Assembly: GCA_038243585.1 (NCBI GenBank)
Contig: JBBSQY010000015.1
Span: 1-64,000 of the forward strand
DNA from: Candidatus Sumerlaeales bacterium
GTDB lineage: Bacteria > Sumerlaeota > Sumerlaeia > Sumerlaeales > Sumerlaeaceae
Reading direction: 5' to 3'
Length of the DNA stretch: 64,000 nt
Part shown: in pieces, positions 10,770-23,000 of the stretch
Position numbering within the stretch: position 1 is the stretch's first letter
Layout: the number at the start of each line of letters is the position of its first letter
Program-made: the position numbers and the translations under genes
Notes under the pieces: generated by a model
What the model saw: the letters and a program-made list of their open reading frames with translations, nothing else
Told to the model about the DNA's origin: nothing
The model's database searches: none

Positions 10770-10953
10770 CCTGTAACAAAATCGACCGAAAACTTCGAGT
10801 GGAACTTAAATCCCCTATCCGTGAGATTCACATATTAAGGTCGTCCCAAAACTGGAAATAGTTCATTGTAGAGCGTGATTCCCACGGGTACTCCCCTGAA
10901 TTATTCCGCATAACTTCCTTGAATTAGCCGAAACGGCATTTTACCTTTTTGCA

Positions 10954-12381
10954 ATGCTTTTTGATAGTCTCCAATTTGTCATATTTTTTATAATTGTCTA
11001 TGGCGTCTACCTGTGCCTCAGGCATCGTGGGCAGAACATCTTCCTGCTTTTGGCCAGTTATATCTTTTACGGGTTCTGGAGCTGGAAGTTTTTAGCATTG
11101 CTCGTGGCCACGCAGGTTATTGATTATCACATTAGCCGTGGCCTGGTGCGCTTGGAAGACCCAGGCAGGCGGCGTAAGCTGATGTGGCTGAGCGTAGCTG
11201 TGAACATGGGCACGCTCGGATTTTTCAAGTATTTCAACTTTTTTACTGAAAACCTACAGGGTAGTCTGAACCTGTTGGGTTTGCCAGTTTCCGATGTAAC
11301 GTTATCTGTTGTGCTTCCGGTGGGAATCTCATTCTACACGATCCAGGAGATGACCTACATCATAGACGTTTACAGGCGGCGGGTAAAACCCGCTGACAAG
11401 TTTATTGATTTCGCCCTGTTCGTATCGTTTTTTCCGCAGCTTGTAGCCGGCCCCATCGAACGGGCGGAACGTCTGCTGCCGCAAGTTCAGTCGCCTCGGA
11501 AAATCCATCGAGTAGATCTCATCGAAGGCGGTTGGCTAATCTTCTGGGGTCTGTTCAAAAAGGTCTTTATCGCCGATCGAATTGCCATGCTGTCTGACAC
11601 CGTATTTTCCGCGCCGGAGGCCGCAGCAGGACCAATGGTTCTTTTAGGAGCCCTTGCCTTTACCATTCAGATATACGCGGATTTCTCTGGTTACTCGGAT
11701 ATGGCGGTAGGACTTGGCAGGCTGATGGGCTTTCACCTTATGTATAATTTCAAACTGCCCTTTTTCGCTACTTCGCCGTCAGATTTCTGGCGGAGATGGC
11801 ACATAAGCCTGTCACAGTGTCTTCGGGACAATTTATACATCCCCCTTGGCGGAAACCGGTTCGGCTTTCCGAGGGAGGCATTGGCCTTAATGGTGACAAT
11901 GCTTATCGGGGGCTTATGGCACGGTGCCCAATGGCATTTCGTGCTGTGGGGGGCTTATTGTGGGGGGTTGCTCGTGCTGGAACGAGTATGGCGACGCAGC
12001 AGATGGGGGAACATACTGGTTCGCCCCGGACATTCCGCGTCCTCCATTTCTCAGGCTGCGCATATCGCTGTCATGTTTCCGCTAACCATAATTGGCTTCC
12101 TCATTTTCCGGGCCGAAAATTTGACCGACATTAAGCTGCTTTTGGGCAATATTTCGGTGGGGTGGAGCAATGCGGTTGTATATGTGCCCCAAGTGAAGGA
12201 ATTGCTCATCTGCACGTGGCTGCTGGCAGCTTACCAGTTGGCACACCATGTATCCGATGATCGATTTATCCTCTTCCGAATGCCATGGCCTCTCCGAACG
12301 GCCCTGTATGTGGCCATGTATTTACTGATATCTCTGGGAGCACCGCATGACGCGCGAACTTTCATCTACTTTCAGTTCTGA
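10954..12381 (+). CDS. MBOAT O-acyltransferase, AlgI/PatA family
   Basis: LPVGISFY, FPQLVAGPIER, DFSGYSDMA, FWRRWHISLS, GLWHGA (catalytic His), C-terminal FIYFQF. Confidence 0.93.
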   Translation: MLFDSLQFVIFFIIVYGVYLCLRHRGQNIFLLLASYIFYGFWSWKFLALLVATQVIDYHISRGLVRLEDPGRRRKLMWLSVAVNMGTLGFFKYFNFFTENLQGSLNLLGLPVSDVTLSVVLPVGISFYTIQEMTYIIDVYRRRVKPADKFIDFALFVSFFPQLVAGPIERAERLLPQVQSPRKIHRVDLIEGGWLIFWGLFKKVFIADRIAMLSDTVFSAPEAAAGPMVLLGALAFTIQIYADFSGYSDMAVGLGRLMGFHLMYNFKLPFFATSPSDFWRRWHISLSQCLRDNLYIPLGGNRFGFPREALALMVTMLIGGLWHGAQWHFVLWGAYCGGLLVLERVWRRSRWGNILVRPGHSASSISQAAHIAVMFPLTIIGFLIFRAENLTDIKLLLGNISVGWSNAVVYVPQVKELLICTWLLAAYQLAHHVSDDRFILFRMPWPLRTALYVAMYLLISLGAPHDARTFIYFQF

Positions 12382-12527
12382 GAGCTTTGCCATCGTTTCC
12401 AGCAGGAGCGCAAACTGGAGAATCTGTAACGGCCTGGTAAAACAGAGGGCGAACGATTGTGCTGCTTCTAGAGTGATGGTCATAAGTTTGACCGCTGACC
12501 AATCATCAAGAAAGGCTGCAGGTCTCA

Positions 12528-13583
12528 GTGGTAATTAGACGCTGGGCCGGGCTTCCTGTCGCGGCACTGACCGCTGCAGCTAGTATTTTCCTCTTTGAAA
12601 CCAGCTTCGTGTGGCAGTATCGTCATCATTTTTGGGACGCAAATTATATCTTGCTCGAAAAAAAGCGAGAGAGGCTTACGCAGGCGCAAAAGCCAGATGA
12701 CATTGCCATTCTTGGATCGAGCAGGTTTTATCATTTACAGCCTGGTGCAATTGCAGACCTGGTAGGAAACGGCGCGAGAGTCAGTAACTACTCCTGGGCC
12801 TATTGCGGAGTCGAGGCTTATGAATCTATGCTTCGGGGCTTGCTCACCGCGGGGAGAGCGCCGCGTACGATTCTTGTAGACGGTTGCCCCGAAATTTGCA
12901 GTTTCCCTTCCCGGCTTTTAACTGCCAGAGACTCGGAGGAGTACAGAACTCGTCTTGCAGTCACGGTACCGTTCAGAGCCGGAATTCAAACGGCGGTTGG
13001 CCAAAATGCGTGGAATGTCGCCTGGGATCTATTTGCGTACCATGTGACACCTCCCAGCACCGTGTACCGAGAGAAGGTAAAGGCTGGTCTAACCACACTG
13101 CTAAAGACCCGGGAATTGCCACCGCTCCCCCCTAACTACGAAAATTTTGTAGGTAACTGGCTTGAGCAAGGATGGTTTTATTTTGCATTGCCTGAGCGGG
13201 TCGCCGGTCCGGAAGATTTTCAGATGCTTGAGAATGCCACTGGCCCTCCTCTTCTTCGGGATAACGCCTCCGTCGCTGCCTCCTACGAAAGGTTTGTGCA
13301 GTTAGCTGATGCAAACAACATAAATATTATTATGTTAGCAGTCCCCACTAATCCCAGGATGTACCAGGGGTTTCAAGAGCAGAGAGTTTTTGAAAAATAT
13401 GATGGCTGGCTTACGGACCTTGAGCGCATGCACAGTAATTTCGTTGCTCCCGGTCCAAGGTGGATGGTGTGGCCAGGGCTGCTCGGAGACGCAGGCCATG
13501 TGAATGCTGCGGGCGCAAAGAAACATATGGATTTTGTGCTGGAGTTGCTTGGTCGGCCGGCTGTGCGGCCTTACCTTAAGTAG
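12528..13583 (+). CDS. SGNH-like membrane-anchored acyltransferase partner (DltD/AlgJ/DUF1574-like)
   Basis: N-terminal TM, GSSR block I, DAGH (DxxH) near the C-terminus, directly after the MBOAT. Confidence 0.7.
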   Translation: MVIRRWAGLPVAALTAAASIFLFETSFVWQYRHHFWDANYILLEKKRERLTQAQKPDDIAILGSSRFYHLQPGAIADLVGNGARVSNYSWAYCGVEAYESMLRGLLTAGRAPRTILVDGCPEICSFPSRLLTARDSEEYRTRLAVTVPFRAGIQTAVGQNAWNVAWDLFAYHVTPPSTVYREKVKAGLTTLLKTRELPPLPPNYENFVGNWLEQGWFYFALPERVAGPEDFQMLENATGPPLLRDNASVAASYERFVQLADANNINIIMLAVPTNPRMYQGFQEQRVFEKYDGWLTDLERMHSNFVAPGPRWMVWPGLLGDAGHVNAAGAKKHMDFVLELLGRPAVRPYLK

Positions 13584-13756
13584 CTTTGTTGAGTCGAAGC
13601 AGATAGTGCACAGCGAGTTTGGGTGATGGGGTACAGTAACTCGGTTACTGGTTACTCTGGTAGCTGCAAAGACCGCATCGCATCGCGCCGCTACAAGTGC
13701 TCCATTTGCCTAGCCTGCCTGCTAAAATTAGTCCAATCCGCCAAATAGGATCTTAC

Positions 13757-13791
13757 AAAAAAAAGGTGGAAGGTCTTTCGACCTTCCACCT
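13757..13791 (-). terminator. Rho-independent terminator of the 678-aa surface protein gene
   Basis: 12-bp perfect stem AGGTGGAAGGTC/GACCTTCCACCT, GAAA loop on the minus strand, followed by a U-tract. Confidence 0.9.
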
Positions 13792-13842
13792 GGAGAATGT
13801 TCTCTCCTATTTAGTTAAAGTGCAATCTTCAGCTTACTCAGC

Positions 13843-15879
13843 TCAGTAGTCGTAGCCGCCATCGTCGATGGCAGGATATTCGTACACTTCGATAGCTGAA
13901 AGACGAGCTTCCGAACGGTTCTGCTGTGCGAAAGGTGTCAAGGTATTACCGAAGATTGTCGCCTGTGTTGGAACCTGGATAAGGTCCAAACCAAGAGCTA
14001 CATCTTTGGCTGAAGGGCCAGGCTGACCTGGACCAGGATTTACACCCAGGGTAAAGAAGCCACCACCGCCAAAGGTATCGAACTCTTCGTAGTCCTGACG
14101 GATTCCGTTAGGATCAAGCGGAGACGAAACCATGACTGAGTACCAGCCACCTTTTTCACCGGCCGTATCAAGCGTCGGGTCGGTCTCAGGGTTCTGAGAG
14201 TCCGAGCTAGGGATAGCCTGGATTGCAAGTGCTTCTGCTTCAGGAGATCCGGCATTAGCCTGCGCTGCACCAACAATTTCAAGCAGGTAGTTAACAGTTC
14301 CTGCTACAGTCTGGAACCGGAAACGCAATCCAGATTGAATTTCCACCGCAGTGTTTCTGGCGGAAGGAACTGACGACGTAGCATAGAACTTAGCACGATA
14401 CAGCTTGCTTGGCTCGATGCGCAGTCTATCTACAGGGCTGAACGACTCAAAAGTAATCAAGCCGATACCGAACTTATCCTGAGGAACTGGATCAGTGGTG
14501 CCGAAGATACCCGCAGTTCCCTGATTCACGATGCTTGCATAAGGTGCAACATCACGACCTGGAATCTGAAGGGCCTGACGGCGACCTGGCTCCAGGTTGT
14601 TCTCGGCGTTAAACGCGCCAGGAACAAGGTTCTTATTACCAGCGGCTCCAGCGTTAAGACCTGTCGCACGATTGTATTCGAAGACGAGGTTTCCATCGCT
14701 GTCATCCTTGGCATCGTAAGTTCCCAGAACAACTTCTTCCAAGGTCAGAGTACCATTGGCTGGATCAGGAGTCGCGAACGATTCCATGAGCGCACCAATT
14801 CTTGTTCCGGCTGCTGCTGGAACGTCGATTGGATCAAAGTCGACCTTGTACAGTGAAGGAATTCCAATCTGGTCCGTTGGGCGGACGAAGAAGGAGGTCT
14901 CTTCTTTCTGTGGGAAGTTCGACGTTGCATACCCAGGCTCAGCCGGTGTCCCGGTTACGCCTGTTTGACCATATTCAAAATGCACGGCAGCGTCAATCGT
15001 CTCATTGGTTATACGAAGACGGAAACCAGGCACTTCATTAATTGGTGTGAAGATTCCATTGGTAGTGTGAATGTAGAACTTACCATGAACCATCTTAGAA
15101 GGTCCAACTTCGTCGTACGACATCATCGACTCATTCTTCCAGCCGAAAATGCGCGTACGTCCCTGGGCGGCGTTGACAGTAACTGTCAGCTTACCAGGGA
15201 GCTTCTGACCTGAAACATCAGCTGCAGGGATACCAGAGGTTGACCACGATGTACCGAAGTCCGTATCGCGAACGATTTCAGTGTAACCGTCGGTATCGGC
15301 AAACAGCATGTCATCTTCATTGTCAACGCTTGTGATAATCGCTTCAGTGAATGATACATTACCTTCTGGATCTGCTACGTAGTAACGAACCACTTTACCA
15401 GCTGCAGCTGCGATGTTCTGCGCAGCAGATGGCGCAGCAAAAGGAGCTGTTCCGGCTTCAGGTGACAAGATGATGTCTCTGAAACTGGCGCTATCTACAG
15501 TGTTGATAGCGTTTGCCGGAAGTTTAGCCTTTGGATTGCCGGCTAGCTCTTCAGCAGCAATTTCGGCCTCACCATTGCTGGTAGGACCTTGACCGTTGAT
15601 CGTGTACTGGTTCGGACCGAGGCCTTCACCAGTAGTATTGTATTCTGCGAACGTCCACGTGAGCTGTGAATCAGGCGAGTCCGCATCCATTACGTAATCA
15701 CTGAAGTTGAACGCATCAGAGAATACGAAAAAGTTGTTATCGGTCGCGGATGAAGCTTCCAAATCGCCGACCTGTACGTCGGGCAATCCAGAAATCACAG
15801 GCGCCGCTGCAAATGCAGGTGCAAACGCGCTAAGCGTAATGACACCGGCAAAGAGGGTTGATTTGAACCCTTTACTCAT
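13843..15879 (-). CDS. Secreted acidic Cys-free protein, probable S-layer or major surface protein
   Basis: Signal peptide (AFA/AAP), no Cys, rich in Ala/Gly/Thr/Asp, GGAGGT RBS, monocistronic with a strong terminator, internal duplication. The CDS is clear; the function is inferred. Confidence 0.6.
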   Translation of the reverse strand: MSKGFKSTLFAGVITLSAFAPAFAAAPVISGLPDVQVGDLEASSATDNNFFVFSDAFNFSDYVMDADSPDSQLTWTFAEYNTTGEGLGPNQYTINGQGPTSNGEAEIAAEELAGNPKAKLPANAINTVDSASFRDIILSPEAGTAPFAAPSAAQNIAAAAGKVVRYYVADPEGNVSFTEAIITSVDNEDDMLFADTDGYTEIVRDTDFGTSWSTSGIPAADVSGQKLPGKLTVTVNAAQGRTRIFGWKNESMMSYDEVGPSKMVHGKFYIHTTNGIFTPINEVPGFRLRITNETIDAAVHFEYGQTGVTGTPAEPGYATSNFPQKEETSFFVRPTDQIGIPSLYKVDFDPIDVPAAAGTRIGALMESFATPDPANGTLTLEEVVLGTYDAKDDSDGNLVFEYNRATGLNAGAAGNKNLVPGAFNAENNLEPGRRQALQIPGRDVAPYASIVNQGTAGIFGTTDPVPQDKFGIGLITFESFSPVDRLRIEPSKLYRAKFYATSSVPSARNTAVEIQSGLRFRFQTVAGTVNYLLEIVGAAQANAGSPEAEALAIQAIPSSDSQNPETDPTLDTAGEKGGWYSVMVSSPLDPNGIRQDYEEFDTFGGGGFFTLGVNPGPGQPGPSAKDVALGLDLIQVPTQATIFGNTLTPFAQQNRSEARLSAIEVYEYPAIDDGGYDY

Positions 15880-16431
15880 AAAACTACCTCCAAAAAATAA
15901 CTAAGAATTACATACGTCTGCAGGCGTGCCTGACAGACCTTCCGCATAAATATAATGATGCTTGTTGCATTGCCGTCTACAAGATCTATTACTTGATTCG
16001 GACAGTCTAGTGATCCTGCATACCAACTATATTGCGCTATTTAATACACGTCTCACTTTTTTGCTGTACGAACAGTTAAATTTCCTGTTTCAGGCTCAAC
16101 CGTCCCACCGATCGGTGGTACGACTAGATAAAATGGTCTACTCGGCACTATATATTCTTTGTCCAGCCGAGAAAAAACGGTTGTATTTTTAATCGCCTGT
16201 CACCTGACACACAAGACGCCTGCAAACGAAGCTCAGAAAAAGGATTCCCTTGACTGGCTTTTGGTATCACGGCGTCTGACACCCTATGAAATATAACAAA
16301 TGCAGCGAATCGTCCGAGGCGGCTACTAAACGATATCGCGGTTCCCAGCCTTGGCTAATATTAAAGTATTACGGTGGGCGCGACCTGACAGGCGAAAATG
16401 CTGTAATATTTACAGCTACCAAATCATCGGC

Positions 16432-17994
16432 ATGGGCGATTTGTTGAAGTCGAGTTTTCCTTTTTTCATAGGCAGATGGGTAATTGTGGCTCTGATGGCC
16501 TGCGCTGGATCGTCCCTGTTTCTGCTGTGCATACCAGCGATATGGACTCCCCATGACCTGAGTCATCCCGAGAGCATTGTGCCGTGGGCAGTGCGTGAAA
16601 TCGCGGCTAACAAACCGCTATATGCCGACTGGCGCCAATGGCCACACCGGTTCATGCCATACGGGCCACTCCTGTGTTACCCGGCCGGGCTGATATTTCG
16701 GGCACTTCATATGGAGGAATTTGGATTTCACCTGTACCTGGCGGGCCGCATTCAAAGCCTCGTCTATATGGTGGGGGTTGGCGCGCTCCTGGCCAACATG
16801 CTCCGTATCGCAGGGATTCGATTCGGGTGGGGCCTGCTTTATAGTTTTGCGATATTGGCTTTGTGGCCGGGAATTTTTCTGCCAGGGATGAGCTTTCGCG
16901 CCGACCTGCCGGCGCTTTTTTGGGTGCTGGCTGCGGCTACGCTGGCCTTTCAATTTCCTGCAAACAGAAACAGACTAGCTGTGGCGCTGGCCATGTTCAT
17001 GATTTCCCTCGCTTACAGGCCCGCGCTGTGGTCGTTTCCTGCCGCTTTTGCGCTTTTCGCCTTTTGGCGAACAGGAATCATCCCTGCAGTCAGGTGGTGC
17101 GTTGCTGTTGTGGTTGCAGCCGGGGCGTATATTGTTGTAGGTAATTTTCTAACAGATGGACGCTTTTTATTAAATCAGGCCGGCGCCTCGTCCATTGGTT
17201 TCACTGCGGACACTTACAGGCTGGCGTTTGTCCTCTTAACTGGTCCGCAGGAGTTTCCGATATTCACATGGGATATTGTGGGGCGGCTGCTTACCGCAGC
17301 GATTGCCAGTATGATTCTTTTGAAGAAATCTAAATCCCATTTTGACCATGGTTTATCCATTTACTTTTTAACGGCTTTATTTGTAAATCTGTTAACAATG
17401 TTTAAAGTGGGGTCTGCTTTTAACTATATTGTTGAGGCGTATGTGCTCAGCGCAGTGGTGCTAGCCATTGGGGCCTTGCGCTTAAAAGAGAACTGGGCGT
17501 CCGTGGGAAAGGTTTTTCGGGCTGGGTCTCTTGCGACAGGAGCATTGATGTTCGTCGTGCCGATGCTCTGGTTTACAATTATAAATGTTTCCACTGTGCC
17601 TCAGGTCTACCAGATAGCAACAAATCCTTCTCCTTTAAAACCCTTGTTAAACTTGCCGGGATCGGCGCTGCTTGGCGATCTGGCGTTCGTGCATCCATCG
17701 GAACCGGCTCACGCGTTGTCTGACCCGGTACCTTATGTGCAACTGACTGGACAAGGGAAAATCTCCCGGGAACCGCTTACTTCCCGCTTAAAAGCGCGGG
17801 CTTTTAGCCATGTCGTTCTAAGCCCCGGAACTAAATATTTATTTTTTGCTCCCGACAGGGCTTTGTGGGCGGGAAAGGCGTTGGAGGCCTATTATACTCA
17901 ACAGGTAGTGGCACCCGGATATGAAATATGGGTGCCGTCCAACGGGGAAACATCCGCGCCTGCGGAGGTCTTGCCCCCGCACTTATCCGAATAG
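16432..17994 (+). CDS. Polytopic membrane protein, GT-C-like glycosyltransferase
   Basis: About 11-12 TM segments, YGPL and RAD motifs, C-terminal soluble domain. Start uncertain (frame open from 16351). Confidence 0.55.
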   Translation: MGDLLKSSFPFFIGRWVIVALMACAGSSLFLLCIPAIWTPHDLSHPESIVPWAVREIAANKPLYADWRQWPHRFMPYGPLLCYPAGLIFRALHMEEFGFHLYLAGRIQSLVYMVGVGALLANMLRIAGIRFGWGLLYSFAILALWPGIFLPGMSFRADLPALFWVLAAATLAFQFPANRNRLAVALAMFMISLAYRPALWSFPAAFALFAFWRTGIIPAVRWCVAVVVAAGAYIVVGNFLTDGRFLLNQAGASSIGFTADTYRLAFVLLTGPQEFPIFTWDIVGRLLTAAIASMILLKKSKSHFDHGLSIYFLTALFVNLLTMFKVGSAFNYIVEAYVLSAVVLAIGALRLKENWASVGKVFRAGSLATGALMFVVPMLWFTIINVSTVPQVYQIATNPSPLKPLLNLPGSALLGDLAFVHPSEPAHALSDPVPYVQLTGQGKISREPLTSRLKARAFSHVVLSPGTKYLFFAPDRALWAGKALEAYYTQQVVAPGYEIWVPSNGETSAPAEVLPPHLSE

Positions 17995-18016
17995 TTTCCA
18001 ATTGGGCGTGCAGTAT

Positions 18017-18034
18017 AAGGCACGGCGCGTGCTT
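18017..18034 (+). promoter_or_regulatory. Putative sigma-54 promoter of ftsH
   Basis: AAGGCACGGCGCGTGCTT with GG-N10-GC spacing; predicted start site near 18044, just before the AAGGAG RBS at 18055. Confidence 0.4.
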
Positions 18035-18071
18035 CCAATATTTACGCTGGCCGCAAGGAGTATTTCCACGA

Positions 18072-20015
<1,944 letters not shown>

Positions 20016-20024
20016 ACAAAGTGT

Positions 20025-20061
20025 AATGCCGGCGCGATTTATATCGCGCCGGCATTTTTTT
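20025..20061 (+). terminator. Rho-independent terminator after ftsH
   Basis: 14-bp stem AATGCCGGCGCGAT/ATCGCGCCGGCATT followed by a T-run. Confidence 0.9.
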
Positions 20062-20096
20062 AACCTAAATCCCGTGCTTATACATGTTAGGCGTTT

Positions 20097-23000
20097 TTGA
20101 TATATAATGATGAACTACATGCCTTGATGATTTTTCGCTCGTCGAAAGAAACTTGCATTCCGACTCTCCCCGCCAGGACCTCCAAATTGAATCTACTTAG
20201 ATCTGCACTCTTTTCGATTTCCCTGTGTTTATCCAGCGCTTCCATTTGCGCGCAGGTGTCGCCTCCGGAATTTATTAACTTTGGCTATGTGCAGAACAAC
20301 GCTGTGCTGCCCTATATCCAATATAGCGCCTTGACTCATATTGCGCCGCCATTTGTGAATTTCGATACAAACGGCAATCTCATCTCGCCCAGTAACTTCA
20401 CGACTGGACGAAACGCAGATTTAAAAGCTAATGGCGCCGCTCAACGGGCGGGTACAAAAGTGATCGCTTGTGTTCGGAATAATGGTTTTTCGGACAGCAT
20501 ACTTGCCAGCGTAATGCAGGATCCTGCTAAACGGACGGCATTAGTTAACGGAGTACGGAATTTGGTGCTCAACGACCCATACTGCCAAGGGGTTAATTTT
20601 GATTTTGAAACCTCTTGGGACACAACCACCCGGGACGGTATTACGCTTTTCTTACAAGCGATACGGGCGGCAATACCACCGCCATACGAAGTAAGCGTAT
20701 ACACTCACCCCACATTCCGTGCATCTTACTGGGATGTCAGCGGCATCGTAAACAGCATCGACTATATGCTCTATAGCACGTATGACTTCGGAACCTCTCG
20801 TGCTCATGCGAACGCGGATTTTGACGCTGCTCTTAAGCAGATTGCCGGTTATCTTGACGCCGGCCTTCCACCGGAAAAGATGGTGCTAACATGGGTATCC
20901 TACGGACGGCGTTGGTTTAACACGGAAACCAGCGGGTACGATGTGACCGGGTTCAAGCAATCCCAGGGATTTTTTGACACTATGTATGACACTACGTTGC
21001 GGCAGGCTAATGGTGGCCCGTTTACGCCGACATATCTTCGTGGCGACGAAATTTCCTACCACACTTATCAGCAGGGAGAAATGAAGTTTACTGCCGTGGG
21101 TGAGACCCCGGAATCCCTTGAGTATAAGATTACATCCGCATTAAATTTTCCAGGGTACAATGGTGCGTATAAGGGTGTCCGTTTTCGCGGGGTTGGGTGG
21201 TGGTCTCTCATGTGGGCAGGTAAATATTTCAGGGACTTTCAATATTCCACTGACCCTAATATTTCTCCGCCAGCTTCGGATTTTAGTTCGTATGACCCGA
21301 TTACCGGGTCGGTTGTACCTCGATCACCCTACTATCGACACATTGACCTTCTGGTCCAGGAAATATTAAAAAAGCCGGGTCAAACACAATTTGATTTGGA
21401 AAGTTTTGAAAACGCAAACCCCCACTGGCGCGACCCTAATGAGTCGCCGGATACGTCAGGAGACACGGACAAAGATTCCAAATTTGAGTGGTTGACCGCA
21501 CCAAATGCTTCAGGCCGTCCGGCAGGAACGACCATAGCCGGGCGTTTGTATTTTGACTTTGAGAGCACGTCAGGAAACAAAGTGTTTCTTCGGCATGAGA
21601 TGCTTAATAATCGCACAGAAACAAATGTCGTCGATACTAACGCAGCGTTGGCACTCGTCAGCAGAAACACCCGTGTCCGTGGACACTACTATGTATCAGG
21701 CAACTATTCCGCTAGAAAATTACGGTTAGCGCTTGTTGATGGGCTTCGTCAGGTGGAGGTTTCTGATCCTGTTACCCTGCCAGCCAACCCAGGTTGGAAC
21801 ACCTTTCAGTGGGACATTAACGATCCCTCACAAATCAACGCCTGGACCACCAGCGAGCCCTCATTGTTAAGCGGCAACGGAGTTGTCGATAACAAGGTGT
21901 CAGGCACTCCAGAATCCAGGGACATAAGCTTTCTCGGGTTTATTGTAGAGGGAGGCGGGGCCGGTTCGGGAACCATTTATTTTGACAGCTTGACGTATGA
22001 GGCCGTCGCTCCCCCATCTTCAAACACCAAACCCTATGTTATCAATGAGTTCCGCTACAGCAATTCGGCCTCTGAGTTTGTTGAAATTTCGGGGCCGCCG
22101 GGGCCATTTCCGGCCGGCATGCAATTGTTATCCTACAAGGCGTCAGACGGGTCGGTATACAAATCGACTTCCCTTGCCAGCCAATCCATCCCTGCGTCGG
22201 GCTATTTTATCGTTGGTGACGTGGGAGTGTCGGGCGCATCCGGAAATACCGGATTTACTCCGGTCAACTGGGGGGCGGGAACTGCAGATCTTCCGAACAC
22301 CACTCCAGGATCCCTACAACTCTACAATGCTATCACAGGTTACGCATACGACTCCGCCGTGTATGGCGCCTTTGGCGGTGTTGGAGATCTTTCACGCATA
22401 CAAACTCGACGCGTCACCGGAGAAGGCTATGGCTGGATGGGCAATGTGGGTCCCGGTCTTTCTGGGGACGGGCAGCCTTACACCATGGGCCGCATGCCCG
22501 ACGGTGCCGACACCAACGTGAATCAACGAGACTTCTCGTTTATGCCGCCCACGCCGGGACAGCCAAACGGGGCCTCAGGAATTATCGACACCCTGCTGGA
22601 CTTTTCTACTACCCCGTTGTCGGCTTTCCAAACCTATCAAAATCTGAAGTTTGTCACCCCCGCTTCAGGTGGGATACCTCCTTCGCCGGGAGGCGGAATT
22701 GTTTACCGTTGCGTTGATACTTCAGGCGGCGGTGTTGTTGGCGTTTTTGGCGACGCCCAAATGGGAGCCGAAGACGGGCTGCAGGTGACAGGTCAGCTTT
22801 ATATCCCGGCCATGGACCATCCGGCTCAGGCGGTGGCAGTGGGCTTTTGTGGAACGCAGGGCAGCTCATTTTTTGCTGATACGCCAGATAGTACTGGCTA
22901 CGACAACGGCTACTGGCTTGTCTATGAAAATGGCGTAATCAACCTCGCGGATGGACAGCCGTCACACCCCCAACAATTTCAGCTTATTGCGGCGAGCAAT

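Noticed and set aside
13843..13875. Surface-protein C-terminus (IDDGGYDY) as a third copy of the sorting motif
   Set aside because: Lacks the [DN][WF]xLY pattern; shares only a terminal Tyr.
17928..18071. N-terminal extension of FtsH in the ORF track
   Set aside because: Overlaps the upstream gene; the AAGGAG RBS points to ATG 18072.
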